A stretch of 64,000 nucleotides of DNA, taken from NCBI GenBank assembly GCA_030269625.1, contig JAJDFZ010000001.1, positions 680 through 64,679 of the forward strand. The letters are read 5' to 3'. Positions 39,392 to 49,108 of this stretch are shown piece by piece (positions within the stretch are counted from its first letter, which is position 1; every line of letters begins with the position of its first letter). The DNA comes from Oxalobacter sp. OttesenSCG-928-P03 (lineage in GTDB: Bacteria; Pseudomonadota; Gammaproteobacteria; Burkholderiales; Burkholderiaceae_D). The translations under genes and the position numbers were made by a program. Below the pieces are notes generated by a model. The model saw nothing but the letters and a program-made list of their open reading frames with translations. It was not told the DNA's origin and did not search any database.

Positions 39392-40276
39392 TCATTCAAC
39401 GCGGTCGAAATCGTTCTCGTCCAGCCACTGGAAAAAATCGCGGCGGCGGCGTGAGGCTGCCGGGCGGTAATGCCAGTGATAATAGCCGGCCTCGACATGA
39501 TACAAATCCCCGGTTTCCTCAAACCCCAGCGTCTCTGCCAGCCGGATCGCTTCCGCAAAAATACGCTCGTCCCGGCTGAAAAAGCTGATGTGCTTGTGAG
39601 AATCAAGAATCAGTGTGCTCCTGGTTTCCCCTTCAGAGGCGGTTACCGCGATTTCCACGTAGCCGTTTTCAAGCGTATCCGTGGTATTTCCGGCCAGTAT
39701 GTTGATGAGTGTTTCCGGATCACTGTCATAAAAGGCCCATATCTCGTATGGCGCGTTCTCGTCATCCTCGAATCCCGCCACCCTGAAAAACAGGCCGTTT
39801 ATATCGGATAAAAAGCGGATAAACGAAAAAAAAGTGTCTCTCAACCGCAACCGGCTGACAACCAGGTCCAGCCCGTACTCATTCTGGCTGTTTTTTTCAT
39901 GCCCGTAAGTGTAAAACGCCTCCCGGATCAGGTCAGGATCGTTTTCCGGATCACCGGCAGCATGGACAATACCTGTCGGCAGGACCATCATGCTGCCGTA
40001 GTCCAATACCGGGAAAAGATACCGGGAAGGGCTCCACTGCACATGGTCATTCAGTGTCTCCAGGTCATCCGGCATTTCGTAATCCGACTCGACAAAACCG
40101 GTTTCAACGGCATGCGGGCTGGCAAACCCCGTCTCTTCTGCCGCAGAAAGCACATGGCCGATCACCTCACCAAGGTGGGTGCCGTAACCATAAAAATTGG
40201 CGATACCGCCATGGTTTTCATCAATAATTCCCTCAACCATGACATACCAGAATTCCTTTTTGACGGATTCACCCAT
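39392..40276 (-). CDS. acidic hypothetical protein
   Basis: long ORF, D/E-rich, LENGYVEIA, LILDSHKHI; start reassigned to MGESVKK. Confidence 0.7.
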   Translation of the reverse strand: MGESVKKEFWYVMVEGIIDENHGGIANFYGYGTHLGEVIGHVLSAAEETGFASPHAVETGFVESDYEMPDDLETLNDHVQWSPSRYLFPVLDYGSMMVLPTGIVHAAGDPENDPDLIREAFYTYGHEKNSQNEYGLDLVVSRLRLRDTFFSFIRFLSDINGLFFRVAGFEDDENAPYEIWAFYDSDPETLINILAGNTTDTLENGYVEIAVTASEGETRSTLILDSHKHISFFSRDERIFAEAIRLAETLGFEETGDLYHVEAGYYHWHYRPAASRRRRDFFQWLDENDFDRVE

Positions 40277-40441
40277 AATTCCCTGCTTTTTCCTTTCTGC
40301 CTCAACAGGCGCCATCCCTTTTCCGGGTGGCACATGCCCGGCCTGCCCCTGATGCCTGACCATTCAGGATCAATCGCAAAAAAGGCCTGCCGGACGAAAA
40401 AACACCGGTCAGGCCATACCGTCGTCAGCAGGCGGCCATTC

Positions 40442-40960
40442 TCAAAAAGAATTATAGACAACCACCCCTTCAAGCGGCTTTCTCTCGGTATGCTTGGGAT
40501 TGGGCGCCGCATCCGCAGACGGGTATCCCATCGGAAGCAAGGCTACCGGCTCAAGGGAAGCCGGGATATTGAACGCTTCCCTCATCTTCACCGGATCAAA
40601 ATGCATCACCCACGTCGTCCCCAGGCCGATATCGGCGGCCGCCAGCATCATCTGCGTCGTGATAATGCTGCAATCGATATCGCCGCTGTTTTTCCCGTCA
40701 TAAGGACGGGTCCAGGCTTCCTCCTTGTTACCGCAGATCAAAAGCGCTACCGGCGCATTGAAATGATAGGTGGTGCAGTCCCTCAGCTTTGTACGGGCCT
40801 GCCTGTCTTCAATGACAAGAACCCGCCAGGGCTGCAAATTGCCGGCCGTCGGAGCAAGCTGCCCGGCCCTCAGCACATATTCCAGCTTTTCCTTTTCAAC
40901 CTCCTGCGCGGTGAAATTGCGGACAGAATAGCGTTTGGCTGCCAGATCATTAAAGCTCAT
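40442..40960 (-). CDS. nitroreductase family protein
   Basis: RYSVRNF, APTAGNLQP, MMLAAADIGLGTTWV. Confidence 0.92.
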   Translation of the reverse strand: MSFNDLAAKRYSVRNFTAQEVEKEKLEYVLRAGQLAPTAGNLQPWRVLVIEDRQARTKLRDCTTYHFNAPVALLICGNKEEAWTRPYDGKNSGDIDCSIITTQMMLAAADIGLGTTWVMHFDPVKMREAFNIPASLEPVALLPMGYPSADAAPNPKHTERKPLEGVVVYNSF

Positions 40961-41089
40961 AAGGTTCTCCTGTGAAAAATTTGACGGAAATGCCAGAGGC
41001 TCAAGCTTTTATTTTAACGCCTTCCTGCCCGTTCAAAGGAAATAAACAGGTAAAATGCCTGACCGGAATGACCCAGCAGAAAACCCGTT

Positions 41090-41674
41090 TTGAATCTCCT
41101 TGCCATTTTTGCCATTGCCGTAGCGCTTGCCATCGACTCCTTTGTCGTCGCCCTGACATCGGGTATCCGACTGAAACGGGTTACCCCGGCCCAGACCCTG
41201 CGGATTGGCGGCGTTTTCGGCGGATTCCAGTTTCTCATGCCCGTTATCGGGTGGGGGCTGGGCATCGGAGCGCACAGCTACATAGAAAAATACGACCACT
41301 GGATCGCCTTTGTCCTGCTCGCTTTCGTCGGCGGCCGCATGATCAGGGAAGCCCTGAGTCACAAGGGTTCCGGCAGCAGCGCTTTTTACGACCCGACACA
41401 GACAGGCACCCTGCTTCTCCTGGGCGTCGCCACCAGCCTGGATGCCCTGGCTGTCGGCCTTTCCTTTGCGCTTTTGAGCATGCCCATCTGGCTTCCCGCG
41501 CTCATCATCGGCATAGTCTGCTTTATCATCTCGGCAGCAGGCCTTCACATGGGGCGGCTGATCATCCGTCTCCCCGGCCTGGGATCAGTGGGCGGCAAGG
41601 CCAACATCCTTGGCGGCATGGTCCTCATCGTCATCGGTCTCAACATCCTCCAGCAGCACGGCGTTTTCGGGTAA
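41090..41674 (+). CDS. mntP: manganese efflux pump MntP
   Basis: ALAIDSF, FQFLMP, DHWIAF, ATSLDALAVG; TTG start. Confidence 0.9.
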   Translation: MNLLAIFAIAVALAIDSFVVALTSGIRLKRVTPAQTLRIGGVFGGFQFLMPVIGWGLGIGAHSYIEKYDHWIAFVLLAFVGGRMIREALSHKGSGSSAFYDPTQTGTLLLLGVATSLDALAVGLSFALLSMPIWLPALIIGIVCFIISAAGLHMGRLIIRLPGLGSVGGKANILGGMVLIVIGLNILQQHGVFG

Positions 41675-41689
41675 ACAGGTAAAAACAAC

Positions 41690-42784
41690 TCAGGCAGCAG
41701 CGGCAGCGGCCCGCCGGGCTCTTTGCCGCTCCACGATAAAGCGCAGCACGCAAAAAGCGATATAGGCAAAAACCAGGTACATCACGGCCCCCAGGCGGTG
41801 CAGGTAAATCACGGCAAAACACACCGCGAAAATAGCCGCCGTCAAAGCCGTTCCCTGCAAAAGGCGCTGTGGCATATCCGTATCCGTTCCCCATACGCGC
41901 GGACGGAAAACCCAATTGACCGGGCGGGCAAAGGCGTTCAAAAGCAGGATGGCATATGACATGTATTCATAGCGCACCCCGTTGAGCAGGCAAATCACCG
42001 CCGCCACGCCGATCATCGCGCCGTAATAGAGCTTGCCGTAACGCGTTGAGGAACTGGTCGGCATATCCGTTGCCATGTAAATCGCGCCCAGAAGCACGCC
42101 GCCCAGCGAAAAACGGATGCCGGGAGTGGAAAAAAGCAGGAAACATGCCGTAAACGCCGTACACAGGGCAAAAGGAATATGCCAGGAAATGCGCCGCCGA
42201 AACAGCAGGTACAGCCCGCCCAGCACCAGGAAAAAAACCGAATACTCCCCGATCGCGCCAGCCGGTTTATAAAAAAGATCGTTGATGAAAGGCATGCCCG
42301 AAATATTCACGCTGCTGATATTGCCTTCTCCGGCGTTATACCAGATGCTTCTCGACGCCATCACCGCCGGAAAACAGATCGTCATGAATTCGCGCCCCAC
42401 CAGCGCAGGGTTGAACATGTTTCGTCCCAGCCCGCCCCACAGGAGCTTGCCGAAAATCACCGCCATGGCGCCCCCGAACGCCACCACGTAAAGCGGCGTG
42501 AAAGGTGCAATCGTAAAAGCCAGGAGAATACCGGTAATCACGGCCGATCCGTCGGAAACCGGGTCCGTTCGCCCGAAATAAGCCAGCGAAAAAAGAAACT
42601 CCGCCGCCAGCGCGCTGCCGAGAGCCACCAGCACCACCATCACCGGCGTAAAGCCATAGGCCAGCCATGACATGAAAACACAAGGAATCAGCGCCACCAC
42701 CACATCCGCCATCACACGGGGCGTGCTGTCCTTCTTTCGGACAAAGGGCGGGAAAGATGAACGTGTCCTGACCTTAAGATGCAT
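41690..42784 (-). CDS. rnfD: RnfD/NqrB-like membrane subunit
   Basis: DGSAVITGILLA, GGLGRNMFNPALVGR, GAIGE, MATD; lacks (S/T)GAT. Confidence 0.85.
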   Translation of the reverse strand: MHLKVRTRSSFPPFVRKKDSTPRVMADVVVALIPCVFMSWLAYGFTPVMVVLVALGSALAAEFLFSLAYFGRTDPVSDGSAVITGILLAFTIAPFTPLYVVAFGGAMAVIFGKLLWGGLGRNMFNPALVGREFMTICFPAVMASRSIWYNAGEGNISSVNISGMPFINDLFYKPAGAIGEYSVFFLVLGGLYLLFRRRISWHIPFALCTAFTACFLLFSTPGIRFSLGGVLLGAIYMATDMPTSSSTRYGKLYYGAMIGVAAVICLLNGVRYEYMSYAILLLNAFARPVNWVFRPRVWGTDTDMPQRLLQGTALTAAIFAVCFAVIYLHRLGAVMYLVFAYIAFCVLRFIVERQRARRAAAAAA

Positions 42785-44090
42785 CGGCCATCTCCCGCAA
42801 GCGGTTCTTGCCTTTCCGGATACTTTCCATCAGCGGCACATTCGAAGGACAGATATACTCACAGGCTGCGCATTCAATGCAGCTGGCAAGACTGTATTTT
42901 TCCAGGGCGGCATATTTTCCCCGGCGATGCAGTTCCTCGTATTTCATCGGCATGAGCCGCATCGGGCACACCTCGGCGCAATACCCGCATGAAATGCAGT
43001 TTTCCCGCCGCACCGGATTATCCGGCAGGACAAGAAGCCCGCCTGATCCCTTGGTCACCGGCATCGCCACATCCGGCACCGGCCGCCCCATCATCGGGCC
43101 GCCCAGGACCAGCCGCTTTCCTTCCAGCGAAATATCCAGCATTTCCAGCAGGTGGCTGACCGGCGTGCCGATCTTGACCTCAAAATTGCCATAGCGTTCC
43201 GTTCCTTCGCCGGATACCGTCACCACGCGACTGATGACCGGCTTCTGGTGAACAACCGCATCATAAATCGCATCAATCGTGCCGACATTGCTGACAATAA
43301 TCCCCGCATCCGCCGGACGCAGGCTGCGCGGCAATTCCCTGCCGGTCACCGATTTGATCAGCTGGAGTTCGCTCCCCTGCGGGTACTGGTTGGAAAGCAC
43401 CTGCACGCGCCAGCCCGCATACGCCGCCGCTTTCAGAAACGGGGCAAAAACCGCTTCCAGCTCCGCATTCTGCCTTTCAATGGCAATAACAATATCATCT
43501 GCCTGCAGTATCCGGTTGGCTATCCCGATCCCCCTGAAAAGCTTTTCCGTGCGATGCGCCATGATCGCATAATCCACCGTGAGATAAGGCTCGCACTCCG
43601 CGCCATTGATAATCAAAGTCCCGGTCTTTTTCGCGCCCGCCCGGTACTTGACCGCTGCCGGAAACTGTGCGCCGCCAGCGCCCACCACCCCCGCATTTTC
43701 GATCAGTTCCAGGAGCCTTTCCGGGGAATGCGCATCATGATCCTCCGGCAGCAGCGCCACTTCCGTTTCCTGAAAATCATTTTTGATCCGGATGATGACT
43801 GCCGTCGAATGATCCGCCAGCATATACTCCTGGATGGCGCAGACCTCCCCGGAAACCGGAGAATGCGTCTTCAGGGCAAGATTGCTGCTGTCTTCCCCGA
43901 TCAACTGGTATTTCAGGACACGCTCGCCAACCGATACCAGCGGCACGGGATGGCTTCCGAAATAACGTGTTAGCGGAACAGCATAAACCGGCGCATCGGG
44001 CAAAGAAGCGATTCCCGATTTTTTGGTCTGGCCCTTCATGGAAGATATGTGCATCATCACCGGCTGCCCTGTCCCGTTACTGTGATCCAC
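42774..44090 (-). CDS. rnfC: RnfC/RsxC-like flavin/Fe-S subunit
   Basis: HSPVSG, GVVGAGGAQFP, INGAECEPYLT, YPQGSE, GGPMMG, two CxxCxxCxxxCP; true start may be a later Met. Confidence 0.9.
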   Translation of the reverse strand: MDHSNGTGQPVMMHISSMKGQTKKSGIASLPDAPVYAVPLTRYFGSHPVPLVSVGERVLKYQLIGEDSSNLALKTHSPVSGEVCAIQEYMLADHSTAVIIRIKNDFQETEVALLPEDHDAHSPERLLELIENAGVVGAGGAQFPAAVKYRAGAKKTGTLIINGAECEPYLTVDYAIMAHRTEKLFRGIGIANRILQADDIVIAIERQNAELEAVFAPFLKAAAYAGWRVQVLSNQYPQGSELQLIKSVTGRELPRSLRPADAGIIVSNVGTIDAIYDAVVHQKPVISRVVTVSGEGTERYGNFEVKIGTPVSHLLEMLDISLEGKRLVLGGPMMGRPVPDVAMPVTKGSGGLLVLPDNPVRRENCISCGYCAEVCPMRLMPMKYEELHRRGKYAALEKYSLASCIECAACEYICPSNVPLMESIRKGKNRLREMADAS

Positions 44091-44391
44091 CCGACTTTTC
44101 GGGCGCTTTCTTTTCCAGCTGCGTCCTGCCCGCAGGCGGCGTTTTCACGGATGGCTTCCTTCTTGCCGGTTTCTTTTCTGCCGGTGGCTTCTTTTCCGCC
44201 GCCGCAGCCTTTTCCTGCGCAGCCCCGGCTGGCGCATCCTGATCCTTTGCCGGTGGCGGCGCCTCGCTTTCCGGCGCCGCTTTCTCCTGTTTTGGCGCCG
44301 GTGCTTCCGGCCGGTCCGTGTTGGCCTTGAAACCCAGCACAATCAGGACAACGCCGAAAAGAAAAAGAACAGCATTTTTCAGGAATTCCAT
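44077..44391 (-). CDS. small membrane-anchored Ala/Lys/Pro-rich protein
   Basis: N-terminal TM helix followed by a low-complexity tail; abuts or overlaps the rnfC start. Confidence 0.7.
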   Translation of the reverse strand: MEFLKNAVLFLFGVVLIVLGFKANTDRPEAPAPKQEKAAPESEAPPPAKDQDAPAGAAQEKAAAAEKKPPAEKKPARRKPSVKTPPAGRTQLEKKAPEKSGGSQ

Positions 44392-44487
44392 AAAACAATT
44401 CGCTTTTCCAGGTCAGACACGATGTGAATTGTAGAAAAATCCGGCAACCGGCAGCTTGATATAAGCCATCCCGGAGCCATGCCGCGA

Positions 44488-44904
44488 TCATTCGCCGATA
44501 ATTTTCACCAGCACCCGTTTGCGCCGCTTGCCGTCAAACTCCCCGTAAAAAATCTGTTCCCACGGCCCCAGGTCCAGGCGTCCCTCCGTAATGGCGACCA
44601 CCACCTCCCGGCCCATGACCTGCCTTTTCAGGTGCGCATCGGCATTATCCTCGTAGCCGTTATGGGCATACTGTTCATAGGGCTTTTCCGGGGCCAGCTT
44701 TTCCAGCCAGCGCTCAAAATCGCCATGCAGGCCGGACTCGTCGTCATTGATGAAAACCGATGCCGTGATATGCATGGCATTGACCAGAACCAGCCCCTCC
44801 CTGATACCGGAAGCGCGGATTTCCGCTTCCACCTGCGGCGTGATGTTGATATAGGCCCGGCGGGTCTTCGTTTCAAACCACAATTCCTTGCGATGGCTTT
44901 TCAT
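44488..44904 (-). CDS. yjbQ: YjbQ/UPF0047 family protein
   Basis: [37 protein letters not shown]. Confidence 0.92.
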   Translation of the reverse strand: MKSHRKELWFETKTRRAYINITPQVEAEIRASGIREGLVLVNAMHITASVFINDDESGLHGDFERWLEKLAPEKPYEQYAHNGYEDNADAHLKRQVMGREVVVAITEGRLDLGPWEQIFYGEFDGKRRKRVLVKIIGE

Positions 44905-45114
44905 GGCACAGACTCCTTCATGGTACGAAAACAGCAAGAGACACAGTTAACGATAAAAACAGGCTGAACCTGCATTGTAGGGCATAAGCGCCGCACCGGC
45001 CTGTTACATTGTGTAAACCGGAAAAGCCGGCCGCTTTTGCTGGCTTATCCCGTTATGCCGAAATATTTTCGTGGCGTGGACAACTCTGCTGCCCACGAAA
45101 ACCAGCCCGACAGC

Positions 45115-46443
45115 CTATATCTTCTTGCTCTGCCAGTCGGCCTTTCGCATGTAAACCCATGAAATGATGAGAATGCTCAGCCAGTAAACATGCTCATTGA
45201 GCCAGCACACCGCCACATCCATCCGCAGGCGGAAAATCACGCCATAGATAAACAGGGACGTGATCATCATCGGCCCCAGGTCCAGGAAAAAAGCCGTGCG
45301 CGTATTGCCCGTCCCCGAGATGGTCTGGAACAGGATAAAAGCAGGCACCGAAATGAAAAAAGCGCTCATGCCAACCCGCACCGTCAGCACGCTGTCTGCC
45401 ACCAGTCCGGGATAATCCGTGTAAATCCGGATAAACATTTCCGGCAAAAGACAGGCCGTCACCACGAAAGGCATCGTCAGCAGATAGCACAACTTGATCA
45501 CCTTCCAGCAGGCGCCCATGACCTGCCCTTCCTCGCCCGCCCCCATCAGGTTGCTGGTAACAGAAACAGCTGCCGAAGACAGCGCAAAAACCGGCATGAA
45601 AATCATGGTCAAAAGGCTGCGCGTGATATTCGATATCGCAATCGCCCGCTCGCCCAGGTGTTCCACCGCCACGAAAAACATGAACCAGATCGCCACACCG
45701 ATCAGGTACTGGATCATCATCCAGATCGACACCCCCAGTATCTGGCGGATCAGTTCCCCGTTGACTGTCAGCCCGCCGGTAAAACCGTATTTTTTCAGGT
45801 CAACCCGCTTTTTCGTATAGAGGATGAAGAAAAGCATCGCCACCCCTTCCGAAATACTCGAAGCCAGCGCCGCGCCGCCGATCCCCATCTCCGGAAATCC
45901 GCATTTGCCGAAAATCAGCAGGTAATTCAGGACAATATTGACGCCCACCATCAAAAACGAGCTGACCGTCAGGATGCGCGTCTGCTCAATGCCGACAAAA
46001 TAGGCGCGGAATATCAGCGACACAAAGGCAAAGAAAAAACCGAAGCTGCGCCAGTCCAGGTAGCTGATCGTGGCGTCATACACCTGACTTGACGCAAAAA
46101 GCCCGGAAAGAACGACAGGAGAAAGAAGCTGCGTCAGCAAAAAAGCGATTGCCGCCAGAAAAACAAGAAACATCCCGCCCTGGATCACAATCGGGCCAAT
46201 CTCGGAAAAACGCTCCTCCCCGTTGCGCCTTCCGATCAGGATCTGTCCGCCCATGGAAAAGCCGAAACCGATCATGAAAAGCGCAAGAAAAAACACACCG
46301 GCAAGCGCCGACGCGCCCAGCTCGATCTCACCCACACGGCCGAGAAACGCCGTGTCAGTCAGCATGATCAGATGTTCCGCTACCAGGCTGATCAGGATCG
46401 GATAGGCGATCTTCCAGATATGGCCATACGATACCGTTTTCAT
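45115..46443 (-). CDS. MATE family efflux transporter
   Basis: IAYPILISL, TDTAFLGRVG, NIVLNYLLIFG..GFPEMGIGGAALAS. Confidence 0.92.
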   Translation of the reverse strand: MKTVSYGHIWKIAYPILISLVAEHLIMLTDTAFLGRVGEIELGASALAGVFFLALFMIGFGFSMGGQILIGRRNGEERFSEIGPIVIQGGMFLVFLAAIAFLLTQLLSPVVLSGLFASSQVYDATISYLDWRSFGFFFAFVSLIFRAYFVGIEQTRILTVSSFLMVGVNIVLNYLLIFGKCGFPEMGIGGAALASSISEGVAMLFFILYTKKRVDLKKYGFTGGLTVNGELIRQILGVSIWMMIQYLIGVAIWFMFFVAVEHLGERAIAISNITRSLLTMIFMPVFALSSAAVSVTSNLMGAGEEGQVMGACWKVIKLCYLLTMPFVVTACLLPEMFIRIYTDYPGLVADSVLTVRVGMSAFFISVPAFILFQTISGTGNTRTAFFLDLGPMMITSLFIYGVIFRLRMDVAVCWLNEHVYWLSILIISWVYMRKADWQSKKI

Positions 46444-46456
46444 GTAAAACCTTCAG

Positions 46457-46496
46457 AAAAAACAAAAAGACCGCGAGAACATCACCTCTCACGGTC
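46457..46496 (-). terminator. intrinsic terminator inside the MATE 5' leader (attenuator)
   Basis: GACCGTGAGA-loop-TCTCGCGGTC-TTTTTGTTTTTT ending about 14 nt before the MATE ATG. Confidence 0.7.
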
Positions 46497-46657
46497 CTGG
46501 CCGGGTTTCTTCCTGACGGAAGAGAAAACAAAGAAGATGAAAGTGAATTCCCGCACATGGCAAGACAGCGCCCGGCACAAATGGCGGGTCATGGCTGCCT
46601 GCTGCATCAGCTTAGCGGGTGACTTTCAATGGACTTTCTCCTCCGGATAAAAAACCA

Positions 46658-46687
46658 ATCATAAAGAAGAGGCGCGCAGGCTGTCAA
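46658..46687 (-). promoter_or_regulatory. sigma-70 promoter of the MATE leader
   Basis: TTGACA-N18-TATGAT on minus strand. Confidence 0.6.
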
Positions 46688-46705
46688 GCGCATCCCCGGC
46701 AGGAA

Positions 46706-47182
46706 TCACTCTGCCGCCGCCAGTTGGCAGGCTTCGCAGACCCCCCGTATTTCCACCGTATTGCCCTGAAACTGAAAGCCTGTCGGCGCCAGCGCCCGGC
46801 GGATGGATTCCCCGATTTCCGGACTGACAATCTCGATCGATTGTTCACATTCCGAACACGCCAGCATCAGCGGATCGTGATGATGGTGGTGGCGGAAATC
46901 CCCCGTACACGCGACAAAGGCATTTAACGCATTGATCCGGTGAACCAGCCCCTGCTCCGTCAGAAATTCCAGCGCGCGATAAATGGTTGTCGGCGCCGCC
47001 CGGCGGCCCGATGCGATCATGTCCGCCTGCAGGTCATACGCCTTTGCTGGCACGACACGGCGCAAGAGCAGTTCAAACACCTCGCGCCTCAGATCAGTAA
47101 ACCCCGCGCCTCTTTCCCTGCACAACGTTTCAGCCTCGGCCAGGCGGCGGCGGATATGGCTTTCAGACACCCTGCGGCTCAT
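46706..47182 (-). CDS. zur: Fur family regulator, Zur-like
   Basis: KAYDL, PTTIYRALEFL, HRINALNAFVAC, CSEC and CEAC; last gene of a zinc-type ABC operon. Confidence 0.85.
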   Translation of the reverse strand: MSRRVSESHIRRRLAEAETLCRERGAGFTDLRREVFELLLRRVVPAKAYDLQADMIASGRRAAPTTIYRALEFLTEQGLVHRINALNAFVACTGDFRHHHHHDPLMLACSECEQSIEIVSPEIGESIRRALAPTGFQFQGNTVEIRGVCEACQLAAAE

Positions 47183-47829
47183 GACCCGCCCTCCTCTTTA
47201 TTCGTTTCCTTTTTTTCTTCCACATAAGGCGTGATACCCAGTCCCTGCATGGCATAACCGGCTGTTCCCTGTGAAGAGGCTTTTTTCTCCACCTTCATCT
47301 CTCCCGTGACCCACACCGCGTCCATGGAGCGGATATTTCTCGCCGGTTTTTGCAATGTCACGTGAATGATCTGGTTGGGCGGCGGCGGCGGGGTATGGAT
47401 ACAGGCCCCGTAATACGGCACCAGCAAAAACTCCTTCAGTGCCGATCCCTGGTGTTCCAGCGGCACGACAAAACCGCCGATCCTGACCGTGACCTCGTTC
47501 ATCGCCGGGTTCACCGGCGCATTTTTCCAGGCTTCCATCGTCTTTTTCAGCGCCTCCACCGCACGGGGATCATTGTCGTCCAGGTCCTCGATTTTCAGCC
47601 CCTCCGTGCTCTTGACCGGATTCCACCCGGGCGGCATCAGTTCTTCCCATTCCACCGTGCGAAACCGGGCATCATCCGTTTTCGGTGACTCCTCACCGGA
47701 ATAAGAGCCGGTAATCACCACGGGCGAACCCCGTTTTTCTTCCGCCTTCCGGGACAAATACCCCGACCCCTGCTGAAAACCAATCACGACAACGACAAAA
47801 GCCACCAGGGCAATAATCAGTCTCTTCAT
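47179..47829 (-). CDS. DUF3299 protein (ZrgD-like)
   Basis: WEELMP, GFVVPLE, EFLLVPYYGACIHTPPPPPNQ. Confidence 0.88.
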   Translation of the reverse strand: MKRLIIALVAFVVVVIGFQQGSGYLSRKAEEKRGSPVVITGSYSGEESPKTDDARFRTVEWEELMPPGWNPVKSTEGLKIEDLDDNDPRAVEALKKTMEAWKNAPVNPAMNEVTVRIGGFVVPLEHQGSALKEFLLVPYYGACIHTPPPPPNQIIHVTLQKPARNIRSMDAVWVTGEMKVEKKASSQGTAGYAMQGLGITPYVEEKKETNKEEGGS

Positions 47830-47836
47830 CTTTTCC

Positions 47837-49108
47837 TCACGTTCCCGCGCTCAACCCGTCTGACAGGCTCATCCGGTACGCCCGGATGGCCGGTATCAGG
47901 CTGGCAAGAAGCCCTACAGCAAAAATCCCGCCTAAAAGCGCCCACTCCCCCGCGCCCGGCAATCCCGCAGAAAGCGAAATCCCCCACCTTTTCTCCAGCA
48001 CAGGCGCAGCAAAGGCAAAAATCAGGGAAAGCGACACCACCCCCGCAACCATCCCGGCAAAAAGAAGCGCCATTCCCTCGAAAAGCAAAAGCAGGACAAC
48101 CTCTGCGGGACTCGCCCCGACCGAGCGCAGGATGGCAAGCTCCCGGCGACGTTCGCCCAGCCCCGCCAGGATGGAAGACGCCAGCCCGGCCAGGCCCGCA
48201 ACCGCAACCAGGAAAGACACCGCCAAAAGCGCCCTTTCTGCCACGTTGACCATATTCCACAGTTCATCCAGTGCCACGCCGGGTAAAACTCCCATCAACA
48301 CTTCCTCCCTGTCGTCCAGCAGTTCGCGCTGCAGGGCAAACACCTGGCTGCGCTTGTGCAGCCCGACCATCACCGCCGTAATGCTCTTCGGAACCAGGTT
48401 GAATTTTTTCACATGCTCAGGCGCGATTTTCAGGCCCCGCACAGGTGTTCCGCCTTCCCAGCCCAGGTGAATCGCCTCAAAGCCATCCAGCCCGATATGC
48501 AGCGTCCGGTCAACCGGCGTGCCCGTCCTTTTCAGGATACCCGTCACGACAAAAGGCTTGTCGGCATGCTCGGCAAGACGCATGCCGCCCGACCCGTGGC
48601 TTAACACCACCGGCGACCCGACAGCATAGCCCAGCCGCCTTGCCACCTCATCGCCAATCACAACATCAAATACATCCGAAAAAGCCTTTCCGCTGGCAAA
48701 CTGGAGCGCCTGCCCCCCGCCATACCGGAAATGCCCGAAATAATTTTCGTTCGTTGCCAGCACCGGAAAACCCCGGTGAGAATCCCCCAGCGAAACCGGA
48801 ATCGTCCAGGCCACCATCGGGTTTTCCTCCAGCCGCCTTGCGCTTTCATAGCCCATATTGGCCGTTGCGCCCCCCATCCGGAACACCGTGTACAGCACCA
48901 GCTGGACGTTATTGCCCCTGGCACCCACGATCAGGTCCACCCCGGAAACCGACTGCATGAACCCTTCCTTTACCTGTACCCGCATGCGCTCAATCCCCAA
49001 AAGCAGGATCGTCGAAAGACAGATGGAAAAAACAATCAGGAAAAGCGTAAAGCGCCGGTTCCAGGCACTTTTTGACGCAAGGCGCACCAGGTAAAGAAAA
49101 TGGCTCAT
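47837..49108 (-). CDS. ABC transporter permease (FtsX/MacB-like, ZrgC)
   Basis: SGVDLIVGARG, IPVSLGDSHRG, HADKPF, ERRRELAILRSVGA. Confidence 0.9.
   Translation of the reverse strand: MSHFLYLVRLASKSAWNRRFTLFLIVFSICLSTILLLGIERMRVQVKEGFMQSVSGVDLIVGARGNNVQLVLYTVFRMGGATANMGYESARRLEENPMVAWTIPVSLGDSHRGFPVLATNENYFGHFRYGGGQALQFASGKAFSDVFDVVIGDEVARRLGYAVGSPVVLSHGSGGMRLAEHADKPFVVTGILKRTGTPVDRTLHIGLDGFEAIHLGWEGGTPVRGLKIAPEHVKKFNLVPKSITAVMVGLHKRSQVFALQRELLDDREEVLMGVLPGVALDELWNMVNVAERALLAVSFLVAVAGLAGLASSILAGLGERRRELAILRSVGASPAEVVLLLLFEGMALLFAGMVAGVVSLSLIFAFAAPVLEKRWGISLSAGLPGAGEWALLGGIFAVGLLASLIPAIRAYRMSLSDGLSAGT

Noticed and set aside
46595..46645. Fluoride riboswitch in the MATE leader (ACCCGCTAAGCTGATG)
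   Set aside because: No GGCGATG-type 5' segment or pseudoknot complement; the uORF/terminator model fits better
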